Assembly (NCBI GenBank): GCA_963765675.1
Contig: CAVXXK010000001.1
Span: 2,368,001 to 2,432,000 of the forward strand
Source: an uncultured delta proteobacterium
GTDB taxonomy: Bacteria; Desulfobacterota; Binatia; Binatales; Binataceae
DNA length: 64,000 bases
Direction: 5' to 3'
This document shows, one piece after another, positions 9,636 to 18,896 of the stretch. The translations under genes and the position numbers were made by a program. The notes beneath the pieces are model-generated. The model was not told where the DNA came from. It ran no database searches and worked only from the letters and a program-made list of their open reading frames with translations. Numbering within the stretch: the stretch's first letter is position 1; every line of letters starts with the position of its first letter.

Positions 9636-11014
9636 TCCTTCACCCTGTCTTTGGCCAGGAACGCCTTGAACGACGGCCAGATGTCTTCCTTGCGCTCGAT
9701 CAGCACGGTGTGAAAATTCGGCGCCTGGATTTTCCGGAATACGTTCAGCATCGAGGATTCGTAGTAGCGCGACCCGAGCGGCTTGATCTCGCCGTATCCG
9801 AACAGGTTGCAGATCGATGCGAGCTCTTCGCCGGCTTTCAGCGCGGCGGGATTGTCGGAGTCGAAGTTGTCGCCGTCGGAGCAGTGAAACGCGTACACGT
9901 TCCAGAGAGAAGGATGGTACCGCGCGGCGATTATTTCGAGCGCCTTCTGGTAGCCCGACGAAATGAAAGTGCCGCCCGACTCGCCCTTGTGAAAAAATTC
10001 TTCCTCGGTGACTTCGTAGGCTTCGGTGTGATGCGCGATGAAAATAATTTCGACGTTGCGGTAGCGAGTCGAGATGAACTGGTAGAGCAGAAAGAAGAAG
10101 CTGCGCGCCAGGTATTTCTTCATCGTGTCCATCGAGCCGGAGGTGTCCATGATGCAAATCACGGCGGCGTTGGACTCCTCGCGCGTGTCAACCTCGACGT
10201 GCTTGTAGCGCAGGTCGTCCTGATGAAACGGAAAGCGGCGCTTCTTCACCGCGACGCGCGTGCCGCCGCCCGGCGTCGCGTCGTCGGTCTCCTCGAGATC
10301 GCGCGCTTCGGAATCGAGCGAGTCTTCCGCGTCGTTCAGCTCGCCCAGATCGAGATTCTCAGCGTCGAGAATAGCGTCGTCCGACTCGGCGGATTCAGGC
10401 GCTCCCGGCGCGAGGCCGCGGGTCGCGTCGGCGGAGTGCGCCGCGTTGCCGCCGCGGCGGCGCTCGGAGGCAAGTATCCTCATCACGCGCTGCTTGGCGG
10501 TGCGGCGCTTGTCGAGCCGCACGCGGATTCCGACGTGGCGATAGCCTTTGCGGCGCGACGAGTAGTCGGCGATTATTTCGCGCAGCGCACGGCGCTCGAG
10601 ATTCGGGAGCTCGAGGTCCTCGAACATGATCTCGATCAGCTCTTCGAGCGTGACGTCGGTCTCGTAGTAATCGACGCCGGGGCGATCGCCGGCCATGTCG
10701 TCGCCCTGGCCCTGGCCTTCCTTGCCGGTCTTGCCGACCACGTCGCCGGGCTTGGAATCGCCGTTGCCCTGCGACGCGCCGGGAGTATTTTCGCCAAAGA
10801 TGAAGCGGTACTCCTTGATGCCGCGCAAGGGGACCTTGATGACGCGGTCCTTGTCTTTGCCGATGATCGATTCCTCGGCGATGATGTCGGCGATATTTTC
10901 GCGGATCGATTCGCGGACTTTCTGCCGATGCCGCTGGCGGTCGCCGGCGGAGCGGTCGGAGCGTTCGGCGTCAGAGGGCCGGTATTCGCGGAAGATAGTG
11001 TCGCCAGTAGCCAT
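9632..11014 (-). CDS. yeaH: DUF444 / YeaH-YhbH family vWA protein
   Basis: DRQRHRQKVRE, FEDLELPNL, MDTSGSM, ESGGTFISS, SDGDN. Confidence 0.92.
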   Translation of the reverse strand: MATGDTIFREYRPSDAERSDRSAGDRQRHRQKVRESIRENIADIIAEESIIGKDKDRVIKVPLRGIKEYRFIFGENTPGASQGNGDSKPGDVVGKTGKEGQGQGDDMAGDRPGVDYYETDVTLEELIEIMFEDLELPNLERRALREIIADYSSRRKGYRHVGIRVRLDKRRTAKQRVMRILASERRRGGNAAHSADATRGLAPGAPESAESDDAILDAENLDLGELNDAEDSLDSEARDLEETDDATPGGGTRVAVKKRRFPFHQDDLRYKHVEVDTREESNAAVICIMDTSGSMDTMKKYLARSFFFLLYQFISTRYRNVEIIFIAHHTEAYEVTEEEFFHKGESGGTFISSGYQKALEIIAARYHPSLWNVYAFHCSDGDNFDSDNPAALKAGEELASICNLFGYGEIKPLGSRYYESSMLNVFRKIQAPNFHTVLIERKEDIWPSFKAFLAKDRVKE

Positions 11015-11105
11015 GCGGGACTCCTCTTCGCGGTCGATTCAAGTATAGCGTGTCCGCGCGCCCGGGGCATCGGGGGGTAGCGCGCGGATGGGCGATCATG
11101 AGAAT

Positions 11106-11483
11106 TCATTTCACGGTTTCACTTGCGCGGGAAGCCGCATAGAGGAGCTTGCCCTCGCGGATTACCGTCGCGGGGAGCGATGTTCTGACCCGCGCGCGAA
11201 AATGGAACCATTCATCGGTACAGATCAGAACATCTTTCGGCTTCCCGATTCCCCAGAGAATCTCGTACGCGAGCTTGCTTCCTTTCAACTCGCGCGGGGC
11301 GTCGTCGGGCACGACGACCAGAAGATCATAGTCGCTGTCGGGGCCGGCAGTGCCGCGTGCTTTTGAGCCGAACAAAAAGATTCGCAGCGGATGATAAGCG
11401 TCTGCGATCCGCCGGACGATTTCCCGCAGCGCCGGATCGTCGTGCAGCATCTGTTGCTCAATCTCGGCAGCCATTTTACCCAT
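11106..11483 (-). CDS. Minimal nucleotidyltransferase (MNT/MntA-like antitoxin), no HEPN partner seen
   Basis: IFLFGSKARG...DSDYDLLVV and REGKLLYAA. Confidence 0.88.
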   Translation of the reverse strand: MGKMAAEIEQQMLHDDPALREIVRRIADAYHPLRIFLFGSKARGTAGPDSDYDLLVVVPDDAPRELKGSKLAYEILWGIGKPKDVLICTDEWFHFRARVRTSLPATVIREGKLLYAASRASETVK

Positions 11484-11735
11484 CAGTTCGTAAGGACGAG
11501 GGTTCGACGCATCTTATCTCCGTCGTCTTCTGCATCCTATCTCACTCATTTCTATAACGCTTTTTTGACGGTGGGTTCGTTCCCGGGATTTTGCGCATCG
11601 CGTCGGGGGAGAGTGTCCGGAAATGCTGAGGAATTATGTAAAAACCAAGAGTTCGTTTTGATCGCCGCATATCGAGAATTTCTGGCTCCTCGCCCTGTAG
11701 AGGCTGTCAATTTTCCTCGCAGAAGCTCAGTTGGT

Positions 11736-11843
11736 GTCATCCTGAGCCGCAGGCGAAGGATCTCCGCGAAGCGATTAGTGCAACCAACCCTGGCTCTTCG
11801 CACTAATCGCTTCGCGGAGATCCTTCACTTCGTTCAGGATGAC
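11736..11843 (-). repeat. Palindrome family B (GTCATCCTGA...TCAGGATGAC), copy 1
   Basis: Long inverted repeat GAAGGATCTCCGCGAAGCGATTAGTGC / GCACTAATCGCTTCGCGGAGATCCTTC; reverse complement matches 58939..59056. Confidence 0.9.
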
Positions 11844-11867
11844 GGACAAGAACTCGCCATTTATCGA

Positions 11868-12024
11868 CACCCTCCCGTAAGCGAGAGGTTGGGTGAGGGT
11901 CCTTTTTCAGCGCGACGCGCGAGCGGTGCGCGACTATAGAACTGTCCACGACCGTGGCGGCACGACGAGTTATCCGGCATCGGTCCCTCACCTGGCCTCT
12001 CCCTGACAGGGAGAGGAACCAGAT
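11868..12024 (+). repeat. Structured element family D, diverged copy
   Basis: GAGAGG..GGTGAGGG...TTCAGCGCG...ATCGGTCCCTCACCTGGCCTCTCCC...ACCAGA, same layout as 17153..17325. Confidence 0.75.
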
Positions 12025-12045
12025 AAGAGAGCCACTGTGCGGCGC

Positions 12046-13980
12046 TCAATCTTTCCAGAGATTGTTGGCGGCGTACTTCAGGACTACGTCCACGCAGGAT
12101 TCGCAGTAGCCGTTCTCGAGGAGGTTCTTGACCATCGCGCTGTACTTCTCGCCCTGCTCCTCGTCGCGGGTGCGGGCCTTGGTGATGATGCGCGAGATGT
12201 CGCGGACCGAGGTCATCAGCTTCTTCTCGATCGCTTCTTTAAGCGGCTCGTAGCTCTTGTAGCTGACCTTCTCGCCGCGGCGCGAGGTCGCCCACAGATA
12301 CGCGATCACTTCCTGGCGGAAGCCGTCGGCCGCCGAGCCGATAATCGCGATCTGCTCTTCGATCGATTTGAGGAAGCCCTCGTCGGGCGACAGCTCTTCC
12401 TTGGTGTTGCGATCGCGGACCTTGGTCTTGTTGACGTAGGCCTCGGCGTGGTCGAGATAGTTCTGGAACAGCGATTCGGCCTGCTCCTGGTAGGAGTAGA
12501 CGAACGCGCGCGTAATCTCCTTTTCCAGCAGCTCCAGATATTCCTTGTGCAGCGTGTCCTGCAGCAGTTCGAGGTATGCCTTGCGCGTGTCGTCGGGGAG
12601 GTCGGCTTCCTTGGTCATCGCGATCAGCGACTCGCGCACGTTGATCGGATTGATGCAGTTGCCGCTGACGTTGTCGGAAAGCGCGTTGTCGAGCGCCTTC
12701 ATGATGAATCGGGTCGAGATGCCGTTCATCCCTTCGCGCTTGGTGTCTTCCTTCAGCTCCTGCACGTCGATCTTCTTGGTGCGTCCCTTCTCGACCACTT
12801 CCTCTCCGTTGTAGAGCCGGAGCTTGGTCATCAGATCGCACTTCGAGGTCGGTTCGAGCCGCGAGAGGATCGCGAACATCGAGGCGAGCTCGAGCGTGTG
12901 CGGCGCGACGTGCGCGCGGAAGTCGGAGTTGCGGATGATCTTCAGATAGATCTTCACCTCTTCCGACAGGCGCAGATTGTACGGAACCTTGACTACGACG
13001 ATTCGGTCGAGGATCGCCTCGTTGGTGTGGTCGGCCTTGAACTTCTGCCATTCGGCTTCGTTCGAGTGGGCGACGATCGTCGTATCGACATAGACCATCC
13101 CATGGCGTCCGGGCGCCGGGATGACTTTCTCCTGCGTCGCGGTGATCATCGCGTGCAGGTATTCGGTTTCGTTCTTGAAGACTTCGATAAACTCGACCAC
13201 GCCGCGGTTGCCGACGTTGAGCGCGCCGTTGAGTTCGAGCACACGCGGGTCGCCTTCGGAATATTGGTCGAGCTTCGAGATATCTTCGCTGCCGATCAGG
13301 ACCGAGGTGTCCTGATTGTTCGGGTCGACCGGCGGAACGACGCCCACGCCGACGCGGTTGCGCTTCGAGAAGCTCTTGGTCTCGATCGGAAATTCTTCGT
13401 AGCGCTGATTGAACTCGACCTTCAGGCGATAGCGGCAGACCGGGCACAGGTCGCCCTCGATATGCACCCCGAGCATCTTCTCGAACTCGCGCCGCAGATG
13501 GCGCGGGATCAGATGCAGCGGCTCCTCGTGCATCGGGCATCCTTCGATGCTGTAGATCACCCCGGTCTGTTCGAGTCCGCGCTGAAGGCGCTCGACCAGC
13601 GAGGATTTGCCCGATCCGACCGGCCCCATCAGGTACAGGACCTGGCGCGATTCCTCGCCCTTGAGCGAGGCGGAATGGAAGTAGCGTACGATTTGCGAAA
13701 TCGTCCGCTCGATTCCGAAAAACTCTTCCGAGAAGAATCCGAACACCTTTACCGGCTCGTCCTTGTACAGCCGCTTGGTGCGCGGATCGTCGCTCTCCTG
13801 GATGCTGCGCGAGCCCGACGCGGTGATCATGTCGTAGATGCGCGCGTGGGAAAGCTTGGTGATAGTCGGATCGGCCTTGACCAGTTCGAGATAGGCAAGC
13901 AGCGTTCCGCTCCACTTTTCAGATTCGCGGGCGGCGCGGTCTTCTTTGATTACGCGTTCGAAGTGATTGGGTTCAGCCAT
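12046..13980 (-). CDS. prkA: PrkA/YeaG family AAA+ serine protein kinase
   Basis: Walker A GPVGSGKS, GCPMHEEPL, GNRGVVEFIEVFK, HSNEAEW, EGMNGISTRF. Confidence 0.95.
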   Translation of the reverse strand: MAEPNHFERVIKEDRAARESEKWSGTLLAYLELVKADPTITKLSHARIYDMITASGSRSIQESDDPRTKRLYKDEPVKVFGFFSEEFFGIERTISQIVRYFHSASLKGEESRQVLYLMGPVGSGKSSLVERLQRGLEQTGVIYSIEGCPMHEEPLHLIPRHLRREFEKMLGVHIEGDLCPVCRYRLKVEFNQRYEEFPIETKSFSKRNRVGVGVVPPVDPNNQDTSVLIGSEDISKLDQYSEGDPRVLELNGALNVGNRGVVEFIEVFKNETEYLHAMITATQEKVIPAPGRHGMVYVDTTIVAHSNEAEWQKFKADHTNEAILDRIVVVKVPYNLRLSEEVKIYLKIIRNSDFRAHVAPHTLELASMFAILSRLEPTSKCDLMTKLRLYNGEEVVEKGRTKKIDVQELKEDTKREGMNGISTRFIMKALDNALSDNVSGNCINPINVRESLIAMTKEADLPDDTRKAYLELLQDTLHKEYLELLEKEITRAFVYSYQEQAESLFQNYLDHAEAYVNKTKVRDRNTKEELSPDEGFLKSIEEQIAIIGSAADGFRQEVIAYLWATSRRGEKVSYKSYEPLKEAIEKKLMTSVRDISRIITKARTRDEEQGEKYSAMVKNLLENGYCESCVDVVLKYAANNLWKD

Positions 13981-14076
13981 CGGCCAGCTCCTCGAGTTAC
14001 GGACGTTTAGGGGGAGGCGTGACAGGCGGCGGTCAGAGGGACGGCTGTGCTATTTTTCAAGCTCAGCATGGCTGTC

Positions 14077-14105
14077 AGTATAACGGACCTTGCGCGACGC
14101 AACAA
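14077..14105 (-). promoter_or_regulatory. Possible sigma70-type promoter for prkA
   Basis: TTGTTG-N17-TATACT on the minus strand, about 100 bp upstream of the start. Confidence 0.4.
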
Positions 14106-14141
14106 GTAACCCTTTGCGCCAAGCGGTTGAATCGCGCGCGA

Positions 14142-15017
14142 TCAGTTTTGCTCCGGCACCGCGACTCTGTCCGTCAGCACGACGCGGCCACGATCGTTGC
14201 CGACTCGCGCGGCGAATACCTGGTCATCGTGGGCGAACGATACCCACGTGCGCTCGGCGATCGCGCGGCCGAGGTAGAGCGACTTTTGTTCCATCGTGGT
14301 CAGCGCGTCGAGGTCGTAGGCCTGATTCCATGGGCCGCGCAGATGCGACCGCGTCGGCACGATATCGGCCAGATGCGCAAATGAGGCGCCGGCGTCGCTG
14401 ACGGTGCATACCTGATGGTCTCGAGTATGGCCGCCGGTCGGGACGGCGGTCACGCCGGGGACGATCTCGGCGGGGCCGTCGAGCGCCTCGATCCGCGCGA
14501 GGTTGGGCGCGAGAATCTCCGCGGCATGGCGATAGGCGGCGTGCAGGCGCTCGTTGCGCGGCGCGCGGGCGATATCGAGCTCGCCTTTCTGCACGAAGAT
14601 TCGAGCACGCGGAAAGGCGGCTTCGAGCACGCCCGAATCGCGCCGGCGCACGAGGCCGCCGGCATGATCGAAATGCAGATGCGAGCAGATAACGGCGGTG
14701 ATATCGCCCAATTCCATCCCGAGCGCGCGCAGATGGTCGGGCAGCCATCCGTCGCCGTGGTCGAAGATCTTGCGCTCGACGTCGCTCAGGCGGTTGCCGA
14801 TTCCGCAATCGACCAGGATCGCGTCGGCGCCGCGGATAATCAGCGGGCAGGTCAGGTTAAGGCGGATGCGGTTCTGCTCGTCGGGCGGATGATCGCGTTT
14901 CCACAGCTCGCGCGGCACCACGCCGAACATGCATCCGCCGTCGTTGCGCCATAGCCCGTCGGTAAGGAAGGCGACGGTGAAGGATCCGATTTCAATTTTC
15001 GGCGGCGTGATGGTCAT
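14142..15017 (-). CDS. MBL-fold metallo-hydrolase (YtnP/AHL-lactonase-like)
   Basis: DGGCMFGVVP, SHLHFDHAGG, GGHTRDH, AHD. Confidence 0.9.
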   Translation of the reverse strand: MTITPPKIEIGSFTVAFLTDGLWRNDGGCMFGVVPRELWKRDHPPDEQNRIRLNLTCPLIIRGADAILVDCGIGNRLSDVERKIFDHGDGWLPDHLRALGMELGDITAVICSHLHFDHAGGLVRRRDSGVLEAAFPRARIFVQKGELDIARAPRNERLHAAYRHAAEILAPNLARIEALDGPAEIVPGVTAVPTGGHTRDHQVCTVSDAGASFAHLADIVPTRSHLRGPWNQAYDLDALTTMEQKSLYLGRAIAERTWVSFAHDDQVFAARVGNDRGRVVLTDRVAVPEQN

Positions 15018-15055
15018 CGCGGTAGATAACCTCTTATCGCGTATTCTCCATTGCA

Positions 15056-15172
15056 GTCATCCTGCCATGAAAGTCAGGGCGGTGTGAGTATTGTGTGCAA
15101 AGAGCAAAGCCACTATGGCTTTGCGCTTGGAACAGAATATTCCTACCACCTCGACTTTCATGGCGGGATGAC
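15056..15172. repeat. 117-bp near-perfect palindrome, family C (complete copy)
   Basis: GTCATCCTGCCATGAAAGTC ... GACTTTCATGGCGGGATGAC ends; pairing continues to the apex GCAAAGCCA-CTA-TGGCTTTGC. Confidence 0.9.
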
Positions 15173-15199
15173 GGACGAGAATCGCTAGCACGCCATTGC

Positions 15200-16339
15200 T
15201 CAATTCGCGACCCGCCGGAATTCGTCGTTGTGCAGGGCAACGCACCAGGGCTGGCCGCCGAGGCGGCCGTACTCCTGGTCCTCGCAACTCATCGTGTCGC
15301 CGGTGACGGTGCATGAGAGCTCGTGGGTCTCGTCGATCGATTCGCGGGTCGAGAAGAACGGAAGCGCATTGCCGGCGTCGGAATGATGCAGCAGAAACCG
15401 CATCCGCATCGAATCTACGCCGTCAGTCGAGAGCACCTCGACGCGCGACCACTCGTCGGCCTGGTTTCCGTAAAGACCCGGCCTCAGCCGCAGCGAGGAA
15501 AAGGTCGGCTCAAAATCTCCGCTCGCCGTGCGCTGATAGCAAAACCGTCCCGAGTCCTGGGTATAGACGCATCCCTCGCGCGCGCCGGGCAACAGATGAA
15601 CCGGGCCGTTCTGCTGATCGTTCGCCAGCTCCCAGCATCCCTTGAACACGCTCGGCAGCTTGAGCGTGCCGGTCTGGCTCGGCGCAGGATTGGTGGCAGT
15701 CTGCACGCCAGGATCGACTTGAATCTGATTGTCGAGCGCGAGATTCGGCGTGCCCAGGAAGCCCAGCGTTTTGCTTTCCGCGTCCTGCTTGCCGTAATCG
15801 GTCGCGACCTTGCCCGAGAGCATCAGAAAAGCGGGAGCGCCGGTCGCGTCGCGATAAACCTGCGCGGTGACGAATGGCAGGCGATGAGATTTCAGATATG
15901 CGGTGGCGTCGCGCGAGCGCGAGGCATCGAGCATCGACTCGGAAGGAAGAGTGAGCGCGCTCGACGAGGGCGGCGTCTGGCTCGGGAGCCTCAATTCGTT
16001 TTCACTCGTGTGCGTGGGCAGTGCCGGAGGCTTCGCGGCCGGGACCTGCTTGGGGGCGGGCCGTGTCTGCAAACCTCCTCCGGACAACATATCGGCGGCG
16101 CCTGCAGGGGAAATCGGATTGGCTGAGCGCGCCTTCGCGGGTGACGGCGATTGCTTTGATGCGGGCGTCGGCGAAGCCGGCTGCGCGGCGTCCAGCGGCG
16201 ACTGCGCGACCAGCTCCGGTTGCTCGTGTATCCGGGTGAAGAAGATCGCGCCGCCTGCGCCGAGCGCGAAGAGCACGATCAGAATCGCGGCGGTGCCGAG
16301 CAATCCGCGCAGATCGAGCTTGCCGCGTTTGCGCCTCAT
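15200..16339 (-). CDS. Membrane-anchored hypothetical protein: TM, Pro-rich linker, BON-like segment, Cys-containing C-terminal domain
   Basis: N-terminal TM helix; LMLSGKVAT...LDNQIQV resembles BON; six Cys in the C-terminal domain. Confidence 0.7.
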   Translation of the reverse strand: MRRKRGKLDLRGLLGTAAILIVLFALGAGGAIFFTRIHEQPELVAQSPLDAAQPASPTPASKQSPSPAKARSANPISPAGAADMLSGGGLQTRPAPKQVPAAKPPALPTHTSENELRLPSQTPPSSSALTLPSESMLDASRSRDATAYLKSHRLPFVTAQVYRDATGAPAFLMLSGKVATDYGKQDAESKTLGFLGTPNLALDNQIQVDPGVQTATNPAPSQTGTLKLPSVFKGCWELANDQQNGPVHLLPGAREGCVYTQDSGRFCYQRTASGDFEPTFSSLRLRPGLYGNQADEWSRVEVLSTDGVDSMRMRFLLHHSDAGNALPFFSTRESIDETHELSCTVTGDTMSCEDQEYGRLGGQPWCVALHNDEFRRVAN

Positions 16340-16346
16340 GCTTTGA

Positions 16347-16814
16347 TTATGAGCCCATCAGCCAGAGTCCGCACAGGAGCGCAATCGCGCCCATCGCGGC
16401 GATCGCGCCGTGCCATCTGGCGTTACGCGCGGTCGCGCCGGGAATCGCGGCGACGCGGCCCTTGTCGGCGACGGCGCGGAGTGTCGCGGTGATCGACAGC
16501 GCGCGGCCGAGCGCCAGCGACATCGCGATGAACAGGATCACCTTGACCGCCAGGATAATTCCGAACTGCGCCGAGAAATTGAACCCGCGCGCCACACCGG
16601 CGAGCGCCAGGTTGAACCCTCCGGTTACGAGCACGACGGTTGCGGCCGCGATATTGAAGCCGTCGATTTTGGGCGCGGCGCGCAGCGCGAAGTTGACCTG
16701 CTCGTCGCTGCCGGCCGCGATTGCAAGACCCGCGATGACGAAGCATACGCAGGCCGTTACCCACGCGCCGCCGGCGAGTGCGTGAATCCAGAGAATCGTG
16801 CTGCGCAGTTCCAT
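16347..16814 (-). CDS. Four-TM membrane protein, CopD/DUF2269-like
   Basis: WIHALAGGAW, LVTGGFNL and LAVKVIL hydrophobic helices. Confidence 0.65.
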   Translation of the reverse strand: MELRSTILWIHALAGGAWVTACVCFVIAGLAIAAGSDEQVNFALRAAPKIDGFNIAAATVVLVTGGFNLALAGVARGFNFSAQFGIILAVKVILFIAMSLALGRALSITATLRAVADKGRVAAIPGATARNARWHGAIAAMGAIALLCGLWLMGS

Positions 16815-17016
16815 CGGGGGGCGTCGGCGTCATCGACAATTCTAGCGCGCGCCGCGAGCGCGCAGAAATGGGCGATGTCGATGTGCGCGAAGCCGGCGCA
16901 TCGCGCCGCGTCTCTGTCGAGTTCTCTTCTGCCAGTGGCCGCCGACGGCCCGTCGGCCACGCGAAGCGTCATGTGCACGTGTGCGGATAAATCGCGGCGT
17001 CGCGCGATTAAAAGAG

Positions 17017-17120
17017 CAGAGCAGCGCCCTCACCCACGCGTCACGAGGCGTGCGAAAAAGAATCGCAAGCATCGCGCCGCGCCGCCCGCGTGCCAGTGGC
17101 ACCTCCCGGTGGGAGAGGGT
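17017..17120 (+). repeat. Family A long variant, copy 2
   Basis: CAGAGCAGCGCCCTCACCCACGCGTCACG...TGCGAAAAAG...GGGAGAGGGT, homologous to 6712..6798. Confidence 0.8.
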
Positions 17121-17152
17121 ATCCAGCAAAGACGGTGGGTCGCGACACCGCC

Positions 17153-17325
17153 TCTGAATCCCTGGCCTAGTATGGGAGAGGTCAGGTGAGGGCCTTATTC
17201 AGCGCGGCGCACAGCGACGCACGATTATAGGAAATCTGCCTAGGAGAATTTAAACGCGCGGCAGAACGATGCCGCGCAGATCGGACCCTCACCTAACCTC
17301 TCCCTTTCAGGGCGAGGGACCAGAA
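17153..17325 (+). repeat. Structured element family D (~175 bp)
   Basis: Colinear with the reverse complement of 60752..60928; the last 47 nt differ at one position. Confidence 0.9.
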
Positions 17326-17459
17326 GCGCGGCGCGATTATTTCGTAGGGACGGCTCGCGAGCTGCCCGTTTTGGTTTGGCGATGAGCGCCGGTTTGAGCT
17401 AACAGACATCAACAGTGCGGCTGCGCGCGTGGCCGAATGCGCGGGCCAGGAGGTGCTCA

Positions 17460-18854
17460 ATGCTGAGTCCATATATCGATGCCGCGGAATTGCGTGAACT
17501 GATCTTCAAAAAAGAAATCAAGCTGCGCGAGGTCGCCGAGTTCTTCATCGCGCGCGCCGAAAAGCTCAATCCGAAGCTCGGCGCGTTCATGACGCTGACG
17601 CCGGAGCGCGCGATCGCCGACGCCGAGCGGCTCGAGAAAACTCCCGACGCCGATCGCCGCCGATGCCTGATGTTCGGCATCCCGTATTCGATCAAGGACC
17701 TGAACGCGACCAAAGACATCCCCACCTCGATGGGCTCGAAGAATTACGAAAACTTCCAGCCGCCGTTCGACGACGAGATCGTCGTGAAGATGCGCAATCA
17801 TGGCGGAATCCTGCTGGGCAAGACCGCGACGCCGGAATTCGGCGCGCGTCCAACTACCGAAGGCGGGCATTGCCCGCCGGCGCGGAATCCATGGAACCTC
17901 GAGCATACCGCCGGCGGTTCGAGCGGCGGCGCGGGCAGCGCGCTGGGCGCGGGTCTTGGACCTCTTGCGCAGGGCAGCGACGGAGGCGGCTCGATTCGCA
18001 TCCCGTCGGCCTGCTGCGGCGTGGTGGGACTCAAGCCTTCGCGCGGACGGGTCACGCTGGCGCCGCAGGCGGGAGAGGCGTGGGCGGGATTTGCGACCTT
18101 TGGTCCGATGGCGCGCACGGTCGGCGACGTGGCGATGTTCATGGACGTGATGTCCGGACATGTCGAGGGCGATCCGTACTGGGCGCCCGATGCGGTCACG
18201 TCGTTTCGATCCGCCGTCGATATCGCGCCGCGCAATCTGAAGATCGCGATCCTGCCGCGCAGCGCGATCACTCGCGGCGATCCGGAATCCGAAGCCGCGA
18301 CCGAAGCCGCGGGCAAAGTTTTCGAGGAGATGGGTCATCACGTCGAGCGGACGAAAGTCGATCCCGGCGCGAAGCTGCGCGACGTATGCATGAGGCTCAT
18401 CGCCGCTGGCGTGGGCTCAGTGGTATGCCCGAAGCCGGAGCTGATGGATCCGGTGGTGCGCGAACTGTGGGAGGCCGGGCGGAAGATCAGCGCCGCCGAA
18501 TACATCGCGACGGTCGCGCAGATGCACAATATCTCGCGCGAGATCGTGCAGGCGCTCGGCGCCTACGACGTGATCATCTCGCCGACGCTCGCGCGTCCCG
18601 CGGTGAAGCTCGGCACGCTGCCGTCGCGTCCCGACCGGTATCTCGAAGAGCTGCCGGAGTGGATTCCGTACACATTTGCGTTCAACGCGACCGGGCAGCC
18701 GGGCTTCTCGGTGCCTAACGGATTCAACAAGGCCGGACTGCCGATCGGGCTGCAAATTATCGGACGCCCCGCGGACGAGGTGACGATTATCGGCCTCGCG
18801 CGGCAGTTCGAGCTGGCGCGACCCTGGAAGGACAAGCATCCCGCACTCGATTGA
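17460..18854 (+). CDS. Amidase signature family protein (tandem copy 1)
   Basis: SIKD, GGSSGG, GSDGGGSIRIPS; SD GGAGG before ATG 17460. Confidence 0.93.
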   Translation: MLSPYIDAAELRELIFKKEIKLREVAEFFIARAEKLNPKLGAFMTLTPERAIADAERLEKTPDADRRRCLMFGIPYSIKDLNATKDIPTSMGSKNYENFQPPFDDEIVVKMRNHGGILLGKTATPEFGARPTTEGGHCPPARNPWNLEHTAGGSSGGAGSALGAGLGPLAQGSDGGGSIRIPSACCGVVGLKPSRGRVTLAPQAGEAWAGFATFGPMARTVGDVAMFMDVMSGHVEGDPYWAPDAVTSFRSAVDIAPRNLKIAILPRSAITRGDPESEAATEAAGKVFEEMGHHVERTKVDPGAKLRDVCMRLIAAGVGSVVCPKPELMDPVVRELWEAGRKISAAEYIATVAQMHNISREIVQALGAYDVIISPTLARPAVKLGTLPSRPDRYLEELPEWIPYTFAFNATGQPGFSVPNGFNKAGLPIGLQIIGRPADEVTIIGLARQFELARPWKDKHPALD

Positions 18855-18896
18855 AGTGGCCGCATCCGTGTGAGCGAAACCGAGGGAAAAAAGATT

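Noticed and set aside
12037-14010. Long antisense and alternate-frame ORFs (for example 12037..14010, 9587..11080, 57387..58829)
   Set aside because: They shadow well-supported genes and are expected from high-GC codon bias; no motifs
14105-14122. TGGCGC upstream of prkA as a sigma54 promoter
   Set aside because: No GC at the required -12 position
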